A stretch of DNA of 64,000 bases from Nemertoderma westbladi (lineage: Eukaryota > Animalia > Xenacoelomorpha). A program made the translations under genes and the position numbers. A model generated the notes under the pieces. The model worked only from the letters and a program-made list of their open reading frames with translations. It made no database searches and was not told the origin of the DNA. The DNA lies in NCBI GenBank assembly GCA_032718475.1, contig JAUCBJ010001578.1:1-64000 (forward strand). The letters run 5' to 3'. Of this stretch, positions 38,617 through 52,230 are shown piece by piece; position 1 is the stretch's first letter; every line of letters starts with the position of its first letter.

Positions 38617-41600
38617 CTATAACAAAGCTTCATGGTAGACTACGTTCCTAGTTAGTCCACAGTCTGTTTTCTTTATGGCATACACAAGGTGTTGGGGGTT
38701 TCCAAACCTCGATGACGCCACATAGAGTTGGCCGTGGGCGAAACAAGGCTGCTTCAACCAAACGCCAACTACAGTTAGCGTTTGGCTTTGACCCTTGTTT
38801 ATTGTCATTGAGAATAAGGCGACACGGACGGAAAATTGACGCCGCCGCCACTTGATTGGGATGTCTTCCTCGGTGGTGGTTAATTCTATTCGAGGGATGA
38901 GGACCTCATCTCCGGCTCCGGCGTGGCTACCTGTGATAATTGAAACAATAATTTCTAACTTTATTTTACTGCACGTGGATATTATTAATATCGTATAACA
39001 TTGTGGATATTATTAATAATAGAACGCGACAACCCGGGGGGGGGGGGTAATATAGGCATTGCATTATTGATACCATTAAATACGGCTAAAAGTCGATTAT
39101 AGCTGTTAAATTTTCTTGACAATGAAAAAATAAACAAAATTGTATTGTATTAAAAAATATAGTTAAACTAAACTTTTTACGTTAGAACGATTTATTGGGT
39201 TAATGAAACCGTTTAGTGTGGGTTTTCGCTAAGTGCTAACAATAAATACGCAGAAAAAACATTACAAATTCGCTTATCATTTGTATATTTTAATTTTTAA
39301 GATTAATCATGAAAATAATGATAAATACCGGAAAGTTGTTAAATACAGCTAAAGTTTGTTACATTTACCTGAAGAAATAACACAGTGTAATAAATGGTTG
39401 GTGACATTCCTTAGGATTAGCCTTTGTACCATTACAAAGTCCTTGGCGTGGGTTCAAGTTCCTCAACAGCATGAGCACGATTCCAGGCTATGGAAAAAAC
39501 AATTAATGGTAATTAAGCAGGATTGACTTCATCTGATACAACTTATTGCGGATACACTGTTACACAATGATATTTCAACCACACAACTCACGTTTTAATA
39601 ACTTAAGGGATGGAAAATGACCACAAAGATAAATACGGACGCAAAGCGGGAAAATGATAGAAATAAAATAGGAAATTAGTTTATTGTTTTGGTTAGAGAC
39701 ATTGCAACCTGTTCCTTTCCAATAGAAAGTGAGAAATTTACAAAACACGTAATTTAATAATTTTCGTGACTATTTGCCCTCTTACAGTACTCACTTTTAT
39801 GACACAAGTGCACAATTTTAATATAAGAAAAGGCTTCGCCACAAGTATTTAACACATAAATCCTCGTTTTCCGCTAAGTCAATATATTAACTCAGTGGGA
39901 ATAATGAACATTTATTAATTTATTCAAGTCTTCTTAGCAGAGCCGAAGGAATTAGAGCTAAAGTTAAAAAATGTTAAATTCATATTGTTAAAACGTTTTC
40001 ATATAGTAACAGAGTTTAAATGAATAAATAAAGAGCTTAGCTTATACCTTGAGGGTTAAGGTATGTGGAGGGAGACCAGCTGGTGTCAAACTGTTGAGAA
40101 ATTCAACTGGGAATCTCGTGACGTCATCCGGGTTTTCAGTGGAATCTGCACTCAGTATGAAGCTCGCTTCGCCAGGAAGAAGAGCCGTTATGAAATTGTT
40201 AAGCATGTACGTACACTGCCTCATTCCTGGGCGCGAGAACAGCCCTCTCGGCAATCCAGTAAGCAACCGAGGGTGGACTCTCTATAGCCGAGGGGCACTT
40301 GTATAATAACTAATAATCACAAACCCCGTCCTCTTATAATATATAACTCTGTAGTAGTCAGTAGTAGTAGTAGTAATAGTAGTAGTAGTAGTAGTAGTAG
40401 AAGTAGTAAGTAATAGTAAAGGAGATCGGTTTAAACCAAAGTGATAAAGTAACATTATTATATAACATAATCATATAGACAAAGTAGAATAAGATACAGA
40501 TTCATAATTATTTTATCAAACTCATGTACTACTTACTTCAATGTGCCAATTGTAATAATAATTAAACATATTATTCCGATTAATCTGCGTTTGGCCCTAT
40601 AAGATATTATACTGACGTATTTTATATTATTATATCCATCCGAGTAAACAAGAAGTGAAGTAAATGTTTATTATTATAGTTTTAGAAATTGAATGATATA
40701 CCCAAGATAGTGAAATAGATAATATACCAGAAATTGCCATTTGATCAGATATATCAAAGCGGCGTCTTTAGTATAATACCGTAATAGTATCAATTAACTC
40801 TGTTATACAATGTAAATATACTAAATCTATTTATAAATATATTATGAGCCCTACATTGTATATTTATCCTACAGGTAGACAATGTAGTATGTTAAAACTT
40901 GATATAATTTGGTATAATGTATAACATATTACAAATAAGACTGAGGCAGCTAAACTATATTGCAAAGAAATCAAATATCCTAAAGTAATATACTAGACCC
41001 TCCCTCCACCCTATAAATAGTGTTCACCATCTACCCCACCCACCGCCCTTATTACTTCATAATAATGAAAGATAGTACCGGCGCTCCGGTCACTCCGTTC
41101 CCTCCGCTGGGGGGGTTAAGTTGTAGGTTTTGACACTATGCAAAATCCGAGCACAGAGTTAGAAGCGCATTGGATAGGCGAACATTTCTTGCAGTGAAAG
41201 TATTTCCATACTTATTATAGTTTTCGAGATAGTCAGACATGAGTAGCAAAAATTTGAATTTTTTTGGTAAAGTCTGATTACACCGGTACCTGTCATCCGA
41301 AATATGGATTGTGATATATCGTTAGATGCGGGTCCACTAACTGTACATTCACATATTTTCAAGGAAAAAATTCGATCAAGGGTTTTCGAAATATTTTCGA
41401 ATTACCGGAAGCAGACTTTGGACGACCATATCTCCGGTACCGGTAGGCCTATTGAGTCAAAAATTTTTTTAATCTACTTAGAACACTCCAGTGAATGTTT
41501 TTTAGTTTGAAAGTTTTGCCCCAAAATGCTCAGAAGTAATTTCGAAAACACTGATCATTTTGCGATCATGATCTTTTGACCCCCTAGAATTGAACTTTTT

Positions 41601-43909
41601 TATGGTCAAATTTTGGCTACCCCCCCTAATTCGAGGGTGAGGAATCTTTTTGTAATGTTAAGTTTTTTCATACGGTGAACTCACAGGACTTGGTCTTCGA
41701 AATAAAACCGAAAACATGATCTTTCCTGATCATGGCCTGATCAAATCGCTTTTTGAAAATTTTGAAATGCTCAAAAGTTGCCCCTTCTTAATAGAAGTCG
41801 ATTAGTAAAAAAAAAGTCGGGGGTCTCAAACAAAGTTTTCGAGAAAATCGGGAAAAACCGAAAAACACGATCTTTTATGATCAGGAAGCTGATCTCGAGA
41901 ACTGGTTGCCCGATCGAGCCAATTTTTTTTTAATCAACTCAGAATAGACCATTGCACATTTCTTACAATGAATGTTTATTAGAAAAATGCTTAGATTCGA
42001 TTTTAAATATACTGATCTTTTCGCGATCATGATCTTGAGTTTTGACCCACTAGACTTGAACTTTTTTATGCCCAAATTTTGGCTACCCCCCATAATTCGA
42101 GGGTGAGGAATCTTTTTGTGATGTTAAGTTTTTCCATACGGTGAACTCCCAGGACTTGGTCTTTGAAATAAAACCAAAAACACGATCTTTTCTGATCGCG
42201 GCCTGATCAAATCGTTTTTTGAAAATTTCGAAATGCTCAAAAGTTGCCCCTTCACCATAGAAGTCGATTCGTAAAAAAAAATCGGGGGTCTCAAACAAAG
42301 TTTTCGAGAACATCCAAAAAAACTAAAAAATCTGATCTTTAATGATCAGGTATCAGATCTCGAGAACCAGTTGTCCGATCGAGCCAATTTTTTTTTTAAT
42401 CGACTCAGGGCGGTGTTCTGAACGTTTCCTACAGTAATTGTTTATATCCAAAATGCTTAGTTACGATTTTACGAAGTCCGATCTTTGCGCGATCATGATC
42501 TTGCGTTTTGACCGGGAAGAATTCACTTTTTTTAAAATCTTTTAACGGGAATCATGACTAATGTGGGGTCGCTGAATCTTTTTGTAATGTTAAGTTTTTC
42601 GATTGGAGCAAGCCTTGAGTGTCCGATTGCTGATCAAAACTGATCTTTGCTGATCATGGTCAAGATCATGATCTGACACCTCCAAAAAAAGCTCCTTGAA
42701 TGTAAACCCATATGCTGCCTATCGATTGGCGCCGGTCCCAACTCCGTAGCATTAGCCGTTTTGGCTGTAGCTCCATAGCAACGTGGTTGCTAGGGAAGCG
42801 GACTTTTTGACTCAAATTGGCCCTAGCCGGAGAACCGTAGACTTTTTTAACACATTATGTATGGCGAAAAGTCTTCTGGATAAATTTTGGGGGGGGGGGT
42901 CTAGGAACATCCTATTGTTCGTTTTCGCTTAGTTGCTGAGATCCTCTCGTCCCCCAAATCCCAGGATTCTATAAAGGCATTCTGCTGGACTAGTTCCGTG
43001 GCCGGAATAGTGTTCGGTGTTCTGCGAACAGAGAACCTAATCGGTTTAGGGCCCTGACCGTCCAGTCACTCCATTCGGCACCCGGGTGGTTGAATTTGAC
43101 TACAATGTCAGGAAATATTAACCTGAAATGAACAAACATTGATAATGTAAATAGGTTATTGATGTGGAGGGAGGCGGGGGGGGGGGGGGGGGGGGGGGGG
43201 TTGTCAAACCTTCCAGGGGGATTAACAATGAGAAAAATAAATGCCAGCGATAACAAATATGAATTTCATAGAACAATTAAACAATTTTATAGGGATTAAC
43301 AATATTGCGGTATGCGGAGAATGAGTACAGGATTTAAATGACAAAAGTTTTTAAGAGTTGATTTATAGGATTTAGGGTTATTATATTTCGGAAAAAGTAT
43401 TTTTGTGAATATGAATGAATAATATGGAAGGGGGTTTCAATAATTTTGAGCAAACTGTATTATTTGGTAGGAAATGTGTAAAATAAGCTGAAAAAATAGT
43501 GCTGTAATTGATAATTTATGGACAGCTTTGTGATAAAAAAAGCCAAGGGTTTTTGGCTTGTTGGTTTTGCCCAAAGTCTACGTCAATAATATAATTAAAT
43601 ATTCATTATTGAGGTTAAAAATCTTGTTTTCGTGGCAGTTGGAACTCACTTTACGAATTCTTTGATTGATGATTTGTATTCATCTGGGGAGGAATCGTTG
43701 ATATGAAACACCATATCGGATGGGAGCTCTATCCAATCAGGCTCTTCAACAATTGGGAGTTGCCCATTACTGTACCCAGTTGCTCCAGATATCTGTCGAA
43801 GGTTTGTAATGAGGGATTTCTCCCGACCCGCATATTCTCCGAGAGACTGTGCACTGTGAATTGCTCCCACAAAGGCGACTTGTGAATTGATGCATCGGTA
43901 ACTTTGGCT
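38617..43909 (-). pseudogene. Helitron1-type Pif1 helicase (C-terminal half of RepHel), intron-containing and frameshifted
   Basis: Exons: 43909-43650 (ASIHKSPLW..LSENMR), 43122-43061 plus 40254-40048 (WIAERAVLAPRN...FPVEFLNSLTPAGLPPHTLTLK), 39487-39369 (PGIVLMLLRNLNPRQGLCNGT) and 38930-38617 (VLIPRI..RRQF..MTINKGQSQTL..FAHGQLYVASSR..TRNVVY). Introns are GT-AG and phase-compatible. Three small frameshifting insertions are present. Confidence 0.9.
40261..43060. mobile_element. Unclassified 2.8-kb insertion with a 6-bp TSD inside a helicase exon
   Basis: TCCAGT is duplicated at 40255-40260 and 43061-43066. Removing the insert restores the peptide ...WSDWIAERA. It contains ~480-bp diverged tandem repeats (~41400-42670). 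Confidence 0.8.
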
Positions 43910-44002
43910 CTGGAACAAGATGAATTAGGAATATACATTTAACACACGGACTAAGACAAAAACTGAAAACGACATAAAATGACTTACCAATGGGGCAAGG
44001 AC

Positions 44003-45231
44003 ATAAAAACCCCATCGAATTTGGACAAAGCGTTCCGGAGTTATAGTAGATCGAAAAAAATTGACCCCCCCCCCAGTCGCCAAAAATTTACAGTAATTTA
44101 AAATTTTGCAAAAAAAATTTTTTGCGTTATTTTTGATGGCGAATCGATTGGCAGTACTGGCTACGAAAAATTTTTTTTTGAAATTTTTGGTCAGAAAAAA
44201 AAACATGGAAAAAGTATATTTTTAAAAGATTTGTCTTTGCCTATGGTCAGAGAATGATCCAACTCTGTAACTTGGCAATCGCTCAAATCCATTCAGCTGA
44301 ATGGCACAGTAGAGTAAACTAAAGTAAATTCCCTATACAATGTTCTGAAGGGGAGACTGACAGAGAGTAATCCAACAATAAAACATTTTGCAATAATGTT
44401 GGCATTAATGTAGCCAACACACTGTGTACTTAAGTCATTCAGCTTACATTAGCAGAGGGAGAAACTTGGATACTCACTCCCCTAGAATGCATTGGGAAGA
44501 GTTATTCAGCTGAGGCGATAATAGATTTCAAACTAAACCAACCAGTTAATATTTGCTTTGACAGAGTGTCCTAGGGCCTAAACAAACAGTATGGGTGTAC
44601 TGAGTACAATAATCTTGGCAACCTCATCGATTTATACTAAGCCTTGTGTAGAAATCCATTACATAAGCCATTTTTCATCACTACACCAGCTGTTATTGGT
44701 GTTATTTTACCATTGCGCCTATGGCGTTTTTTCGTTTATGTCTATTTTTCGAGCCCACGGCTCATGGACGAAATAGGGGAACATACCAGGGACCTTAGAA
44801 TCGCGGTATCTAGCCGCTGTGAAAATTTCATCAAAATCGTTAGAGTAGTTTTGGCTGTAGATCAGCCAGCCAGCCAGTCAGCCACGAGCAATTCTTACAG
44901 TAATGAACCTCTCGGTTCCTAACTTGGCAACCTCATCGATTTATACTAAGCCTTGTGTAGAAATCCATTACATAAGCCATTTTTCATCACTACACCAGCT
45001 GTTATTGGTGTTATTTTACCATTGCGCCTATGGCGTTTTTTCGTTTATGTCTATTTTTCGAGCCCACGGCTCATGGACGAAATAGGGGAACATACCAGGG
45101 ACCTTAGAATCGCGGTATCTAGCCGCTGTGAAAATTTCATCAAAATCGTTAGAGTAGTTTTGGCTGTAGATCAGCCAGCCAGCCAGTCAGCCACGAGCAA
45201 TTCTTACAGTAATGAACCTCTCGGTTCCTAA
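44003..45231 (-). mobile_element. HINE/Helentron-like family D, 3'-truncated, with a tandemly duplicated ~310-bp 5' end
   Basis: Matches the other D copies. 44612-44921 is repeated at 44922-45231. Confidence 0.85.
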
Positions 45232-46730
45232 CTAGTGACGGGCCTAGCGGCCCGATAAGGAACCGACTTTTTATTTTAAATAAAAGAGACAACGAGAATT
45301 AGTATAGATCTAATAATTATGTAAAAATACAATCATATTACATACAATAATTATTAATAAATTCGATCTATTATTAGTTGCTCAATTCTAGAACAAAATC
45401 GACTTGCAACTAGTGAAGACCTCGTTTTGGAATTTCGAAACCACGCTGGTGCGATGCGCGATATCGTGTTTAGTTAATAAAGTGAAAACTCCATCAATTC
45501 ATGTGCAACCAGTAATAAGAAATCGCGATAAATGTAATTTGAATAAAAATTATTCTAGAAAAATTTTCCTCAAAAAGTATGAAGTCTTGGCATTGGTGAC
45601 GCGAAACTAGGCTAGTGAGATTCAGGATATTGCGTTTAATATAAAAATCGAAAACGCTATCGAATTCCGTAAAGGCGTTAATAAAATACTGCAACTTTTT
45701 TGAAATTTGTAAAATTCTAGAACTAGAAAAAATTAATTTTTGAACGGCGCTGTTTGGGGTTTCGAAACATGGATAGGCTGAAAGAGGACATCGAATTAAG
45801 TTGAAAAATGAAAACCCCATCGAATTTGGACAAAGCGTTCCGGAGTTATAGCGGATCGAAAAAAATTGACCCCCCCCAGTCGCCAAAAATTTACAGTAAT
45901 TTAAAATTTTGCAAAAAAAATTTTTTGCGTTATTTTTGATGGCAAATCGATTGACAGTACTGGCTGTGAAAAATTTTTTTTGAAATTTTTGGTCAGAAAA
46001 AAAAACATGGAAAAAGTATCTTTTTAAAGATTTGATGTCTTTGCCTATGGTCAGAGAATGATCCAACTCTGTAACTTGGCAATCGCTCAAATCCATTCTG
46101 CTGAATGGCACAGTAGAGTAAACTAAAGTAAATTCCCTATACAATGTTCTGAAGGGGTGACTGACAGAGTAATCCAACAATAAAACCTTTTGCAATAATG
46201 TTGGCATTAATGTAGCCAACTCACTGTGTACGTAACAGTCATTCAGCTTACATTAGCAGAGTGAGATATTTCCATAGATTGCATTGGGAAGAGTAATTCA
46301 GCTGAGGCGATATTAGATTTCAAACTAAACCAACCAGTTAATATTTGCTTTGACAGAGTGTCCTAGGGCCTAAACAAACAGTATGGGTGTACTAAGTACA
46401 ATAATCTTGGCAACCTCATCGATTTATACTAAGCCTTGTGTAGAAATCCATTACATAAGCCATTTTTCATCACGAAACCAGCTGTTATTGGTGTTATTTT
46501 ACCATTGCGCCTATGGCGTTTTTTCGTTTATGTCTATTTTTCGAGCCCATGGCTCATGGACGAAATAGCGGAACATACAAGGGACCTTAGAATCGCCGTA
46601 TCTAGCCGCCGTGAAAATTTCATCAAAATCGTTAGAGTAGTTTTGGCTGTAGATCAGTCAGTCAGTCAGTCAGCCAGCCAGCCAGCCAGTCTCGAGCAAT
46701 TCTTACAGTAATGAACCTCTCGGTTCCTAA
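45232..46730 (-). mobile_element. HINE/Helentron-like family D, full length (~1.5 kb)
   Basis: Minus strand 5' end TTAGGAACCGAGAGGTTC with (GGCT)n. The 3' end has the subTIR TCGGTTCCT, the palindrome CGGGCCgctaGGCCCG and CTAG. A further 3' end fragment lies at 46731-46793. Confidence 0.85.
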
Positions 46731-46794
46731 CTAGTGACGGGCCTAGCGGCCCGATAAGGAACCGACTTTTTATTTCAAATAAAAGAGACAACGA

Positions 46795-47178
46795 TTGGCT
46801 CGGTTCGGCTCGATTGGTCTCGACCATGGCCTACTTAAATATAATATTTAAGTAGGCCATGGCTCGACTCGATTGGGATCGACTCGGCTCGGTCCGACTC
46901 GATTCGGTTAAATAGGCTCGATTCGGCTCGGTCTGGCTCAATTGGGCTCGACTCGGCTGAATCTGCTCGACTTGGCTTGACTCGGCTCGATTGGGCGCGA
47001 CTCTGATCGATTGGGCTCAACTCGGCTCGGTCCGGTTCAATTGGGCTCGACAAGGCTTGATTGGACTCGACTCGACTCATTGGGCTATTCGGCTCGGTCT
47101 GGCTCGACTCGGCTCGATTGGGCTCATCCGGCTTGATTGGGCTCGACTCGGCTTGATAAGTTCTATTCGGCTCGATCA
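46795..47178. repeat. Degenerate pentamer satellite (GGCTC/GACTC/GATTG)
   Basis: 5-bp periodicity is visible throughout. Confidence 0.85.
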
Positions 47179-47197
47179 ATATGATTCAGTATGTCGT

Positions 47198-47932
47198 TTC
47201 CAGGATCTAAGTTTGTGCTTAGGATCTAAGTTCGTTTCCAGGATCTAAGTTCGCATCTACGATTTAAGTTCGTGTATAGGGTCTATGTTCACATCTACAG
47301 TAGTATCCGAGATCGTGTTGCTTCCAAGATCTAAGTTCGCTTCCAGAATCTAAGATCATATATAGGATATAAGTTTGCTTCCAGGATCTAAGTTCATATC
47401 TAGGATCTAAGTTCGCTTTCAGGATCTAAGTTCATATCTAGGATCTAAGTTCCCTTCCAGGATCTAAGTTCACATCTAAGATCTGTTAGCTTTCAGAATC
47501 TAATCTAGTTTTAAGTTCGCTTCCAGGATCTATGTTCACATCTAGGATCTATGTTCACGTTGCTTTCGGATCTAAGTTCGTATCTAGGATCTAAGTTCGC
47601 TTCCAGGATCTAAGTTCGCTTCCAGGATCTACGTTCGCTTCCAAGATCTAAGTTAATATCTAGGATCTAAGTTCGCTTTCAGGATCTAAGGTCATATCTA
47701 GGATCTAAGTTCGCTTCCAGGATCTAAGTTCACATCTAAGATCTGTTAGCTTTCAGGATCTAATCTAGTTTTAAGTTCGCTTCCAGGATCTATGTTCACA
47801 TCTAGGATCTATGTTCACGTTGCTTTCGGATCTAAGTTCGTATCTAGGATGCTCGCTTCCAGGATCTAAGTTTGGATCTAGGATCTAATTTCACACACTT
47901 CCAGGGTCTAAGTTCGTGTCTAGGATCTAAAT
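47198..47932. repeat. 19-bp minisatellite (ttccaggatctaagttcgc)n with a ~250-bp higher-order duplication
   Basis: Repeated ggatctaagttc core. The block around 47380-47590 recurs at 47630-47850. Confidence 0.9.
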
Positions 47933-50458
47933 TAATGTGTAGTTCGGGATAACTCTGTATTGCATAGGTCGGTATAGTACTGTATTTCATTGTTATAGCT
48001 TACTATAGGTCGGTGTTGTTAGTATTGGTGAACAATATTTAGACTTGAAAAATATCGCGAGTAAAAATATCGAGAGTAAAAATATCGCAAGATGAAAAAT
48101 ATCGAAAATATCGCGAGTAAAATACATTTTTATGGTAGCTAGTGTACGATTATAAAATTTTTTATTTTTTAAATAAGGGGGATTGATAATTCCAATTGAT
48201 GTATTATTATAGTAGACAGATATATGTTCATGAGACAGGGAGGGGGTGGGGGGGGGGGGGGAATTTTCATGAATACCAGCTGCTATTTTATCATGGCGTC
48301 TATGGGACATTTAGTATATGTATATATTTCTCGATACCAGGGGCTTAAGGTGAGCTGAGACTGACAGACAGAAACAAGGTTTCAATAGTGCATCTCTTAT
48401 CTAAGCTTGATAACTTCGTGGTTCGCCCCACTCCACTACTGCCCTTGCTTGGATCCACAGAATTAATGTACAAATCATCTCCAATTGCATTAATTGCAAT
48501 ATAATTCAATTAACCGCAATTTATCGCCGGATTTATTAAAGTAGAGGTCCAGTAATCCAGTAAAATAATATCATAATAATATACACAAATAATTATTACA
48601 CGCACAAACCAATATTATCATTATTATCATATAAAAATAAATATATAGAAAATAAATACACACAATTAATTATGCACAATATACAGGGATAAATAGCCGT
48701 ACTCATGTTTTGAAAGCTGAGTGGCTTTGTTCACTGTGAGAGACCGAAGGTGGCCCAATCGACCAATAGGAGCCAATTCAATAGGCCTCACCTCCCCACC
48801 ACCTATCGAACTGGGTCCGCATCGAGCGATGATGCGAAAGTATCCTAAAGGGTCAATTTAGGCCAGAGCTTTAGGGTTAACATCAACAACCCATGTGAAC
48901 CCAGCATGGGTTCACGGGTCAACACTCTCTTCGATCACAATCGGGGCAAAGCATTAACAACTCGAACCAAAGGCGTGGTTCGAAATTAAGCTTAGGCCAA
49001 CCAATAACAATACAAGTCATGCAACGGAAAATTTTGACCACTATATTATGTGGTGTTAAATCTCTTAAAAAAAATATTTATTAAAAAGGCTTCCGCTGCA
49101 AAACCTGCATGCTACAGATTAGAGTAACCAACCTCTCCGCCACAGTGAAATCAGGGCACACAGTACTACACAAGGGTCGCCAATGGCCGGTGAGGTAAAG
49201 GCTTTTCCCAACAGAGCTGTTATAATTTCATTACCCTTGGATATTCCCGTGTACGCCAAACACACATTGAAACGATAATAAATTATATCAAATATAATCA
49301 GAATCGTTTCAAACTCACTTAACATGAATGAAGGTATCCACATGTAAATGAAAGATTACTATCTGAAATGGTAATATTTCTGGAAAACAATTGGTTGGTG
49401 GTTGGATGCCTTACACTTGATCAACATTATATCTTAGACCCCTCTTGTATTTCTGCTGACAATCTTTGTAAAATATAACTAATTTTTGTTAAACTAAATT
49501 GAAAATCCACATAAAATTATAAATTTCAATATTATTTACATTTAATTTTAGAAAATTAATCATAACCTTCAAAAGTTCTGGTTATTTTATTGCCTGCAGT
49601 TGCCGGTACCGGTCTCTGTAAATACTACAATTTAAATTATAATTAGTTTTTCTTAAACGGTGACTGGGAAAACATGTTGTTGTCCGGTAACAAAATAAAC
49701 AGACATACTTTATCAAATGCCGCGATGTAAAACTTTGTTGTTTTTATTTACACGAAGCTGTAATAGAATTACCCCCCCCCCCCCGCCCCCCCATTACCGT
49801 CAAATAAATATTCTGTAATTCAGCTTTAAAAAAACTTGTCAAATTAATGTGAATAGATTGTATTTAATGTTACTGTCGTGTAACAATTGATGTATAAATT
49901 TCGGAAAGAAATGCGGTATCTTCAATTAGGTGAAGCCAATAATAAGTTAAGTTCAAGTGTAAAACTAATCCAACCAAAAACCGATAATATAAGTATCGAA
50001 AAAGGAATATGTTATATTCTTGTTTTTTAATTCTCAAATTGTACTAAAATTCTTAGTAATCAGTTTGTAATGGATGGTTTCATTCATATAAAAGTGAGAT
50101 ATAATACACTGCCTCGCCCCGGCACGACAAGGAGTGTTCTACAGTAAATGCACCAAAATAATATCAAAACTTACAAATACGACACATATTATATTAGGCC
50201 ATATATACACGTGGCAATATATATGCCATATACAATAATATGTCGCAATTCGTAAGAATACAATACGTTAATTAAAATAAATATAATAATTAGGATTTGG
50301 CCTCCCCTACTCCCCTACAGCCAATCCCATGAAATTCCCATTCCCGTGTTGAAGTTTCTGACTTACTATTATCCGGCAGCCAGTTTGATTTCGGACAGTA
50401 TGCTTGTTTCCATGGTAACGCGTAATAGAACCACGGAGACAGCCCCTTTGGGTCCCCG

Positions 50459-52230
50459 TTATAGCAGGAACTCGTTGGGTAACTGCCCGGCCACGGACTT
50501 TATCCGATCTATTTCAGCCAACTGTTCGGCCGTGGGCTTACACCGGCGCCGGATGGTTTCATCGATCGGGAATAGTAAGTACAGTCCCTTCTTTAAGCGA
50601 ACTCTAGAGAACCCCACATAGGATCCTTGGCCGTTAAAGCCACTGAAGCGCTCCGCATCCCATTGCCGAATGATTAGGACAATAAGTGTCAGACCTTGGA
50701 CTTTGTATACAGTTAACGAATACGCTGGAGACATGGGTATCTGACGCATATTCGTTATGCGGAATTGTAGGTGTTGACCAAGTTTAATCGATATACCCTT
50801 AATGACGATTGGTGACAGTGGGAAATAACCATCAGGGATGTTTGGAAATGAAATAGGGCACTTGGTAAACATGGGTTCCAGAATAACAAAGTCAGGTAGA
50901 CAGGATGCGCGCTTCACCATCTTGAGATGCCCGGGAGCATACGGTTCATCGGTAAATGTCGTACCATGGGGAAACTGAACTCCTCTGACGAACGCCAAAG
51001 TTCCGTTAGCTACGCCAAGTTCCACCGCAACGTTAGAACTGACCATAACTGGCATGTCGAGGAAAATATCTAACAACGGTGGAAGGCCATCACATTGGTC
51101 ATCGCGTATGTATTTCATGATGCCTGGAAGTCCGCCAGTCATTACTGCCTGAATACGAACAATATCCAGTCCCATAGCCCCAACAAGTTTACTGTTGATA
51201 GCTACACGGCAGGCATTGGTAGAAACAACAACGGGGGCGAATGATCCAATTACCTCGTTCAAATGATCTGGAATTTAACAAAAATACAAAATTTGATGAA
51301 GTGTAACTGATTCATGTAAACGATTCGCGCAAAATACTTCGAAATAAGAAGTATTATTTTTCTAGAATATTAATTTTATATCATATTAATAAATAGCTAA
51401 TATACGCTAGAACAATAAGGACATTTTGTATTCTCAAAGTTATCATATTCTAGCTTATTTGGCAGAGCGCAGGACCATTGGCTATTATTTAGGGTTCGAG
51501 ACCCAACGACAGCAGTATATTTTTTTGTAAATCCATTATTTGATTTTATATAATTATTACAAATAATATGGGTTAATACGTGCAGTGCAGACCCTGATAA
51601 TAATTGAATATCGGTCAATTAAAATTAGAGGTAAAAATAGCTTTTTTCTAATACTTTTTTCTCATCGAAGAAAATTAATTAAAATAATTTCATTAATAGT
51701 ATTTTTGCATTTCTACCAATTTTTGGGGTATATTAGAGCGAAAATATAACAATTAAATAATAAAGTAATTTTTAACAAAATTAGTGGTCTGTCCTTCTGT
51801 TTCCCATAATAAATATTAGAAAACTCAGTCCAAGGCTTTTTACCAGTCTACAAAACGGTTGTTCAATTAACATACCTGCATCGGTAACGACTCTTTCATT
51901 GATAGAGTCAATGCTTTCTGCAGACCAAACGCCTTGGTGAGCATCGGAAAGTATATTTCCCCATTCAGGGTCATCAATATGACGCCAATTCTTCTTAAGT
52001 TCGATGATAACATCAAACTTCAACCATAACTCCCTTCCAGATAGCTTCTCAAGTGTGGGGCAATCTGCGAGTGTCGCATGTACTCTAGTCAATGGTGTGG
52101 AGCAGACGCTAGGTAGCTGTAGAAAGTCCCCACAACAGACAACATGGAAACCGCCAAAGATGGATTCCTTCTCATCCGATATTTTGCATAAGGTAGAGTT
52201 AATCTTTTCGAAGAGATTTGCTCCCACCAT
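50459..52230 (-). pseudogene. Helentron/Helitron2-type Pif1 helicase, 5'-truncated at motif II; exons ~52230-51876 and 51267-50459
   Basis: Motifs MVGANLF..IN..L, FGGFHVVCCGDFLQLPSV, LKKNWRH, PVMVSSNVAVELGVANGT, RQIPMSPAYSLTVYKVQGLTL and YVGFSRV. A phase-1 intron GCAG|gtatgt...ttccag|AT joins the exons. No Walker A motif. Confidence 0.85.

Noticed and set aside
46835-47248. Repetitive SSPIEP/AESS ORFs
   Set aside because: Translation of a pentamer satellite.
38617-52230. A single helicase gene spanning both helicase regions, or a host PIF1 gene
   Set aside because: Both regions encode the same C-terminal motifs with different subfamily signatures, so they are two separate transposon-derived genes. 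Both are truncated or frameshifted.
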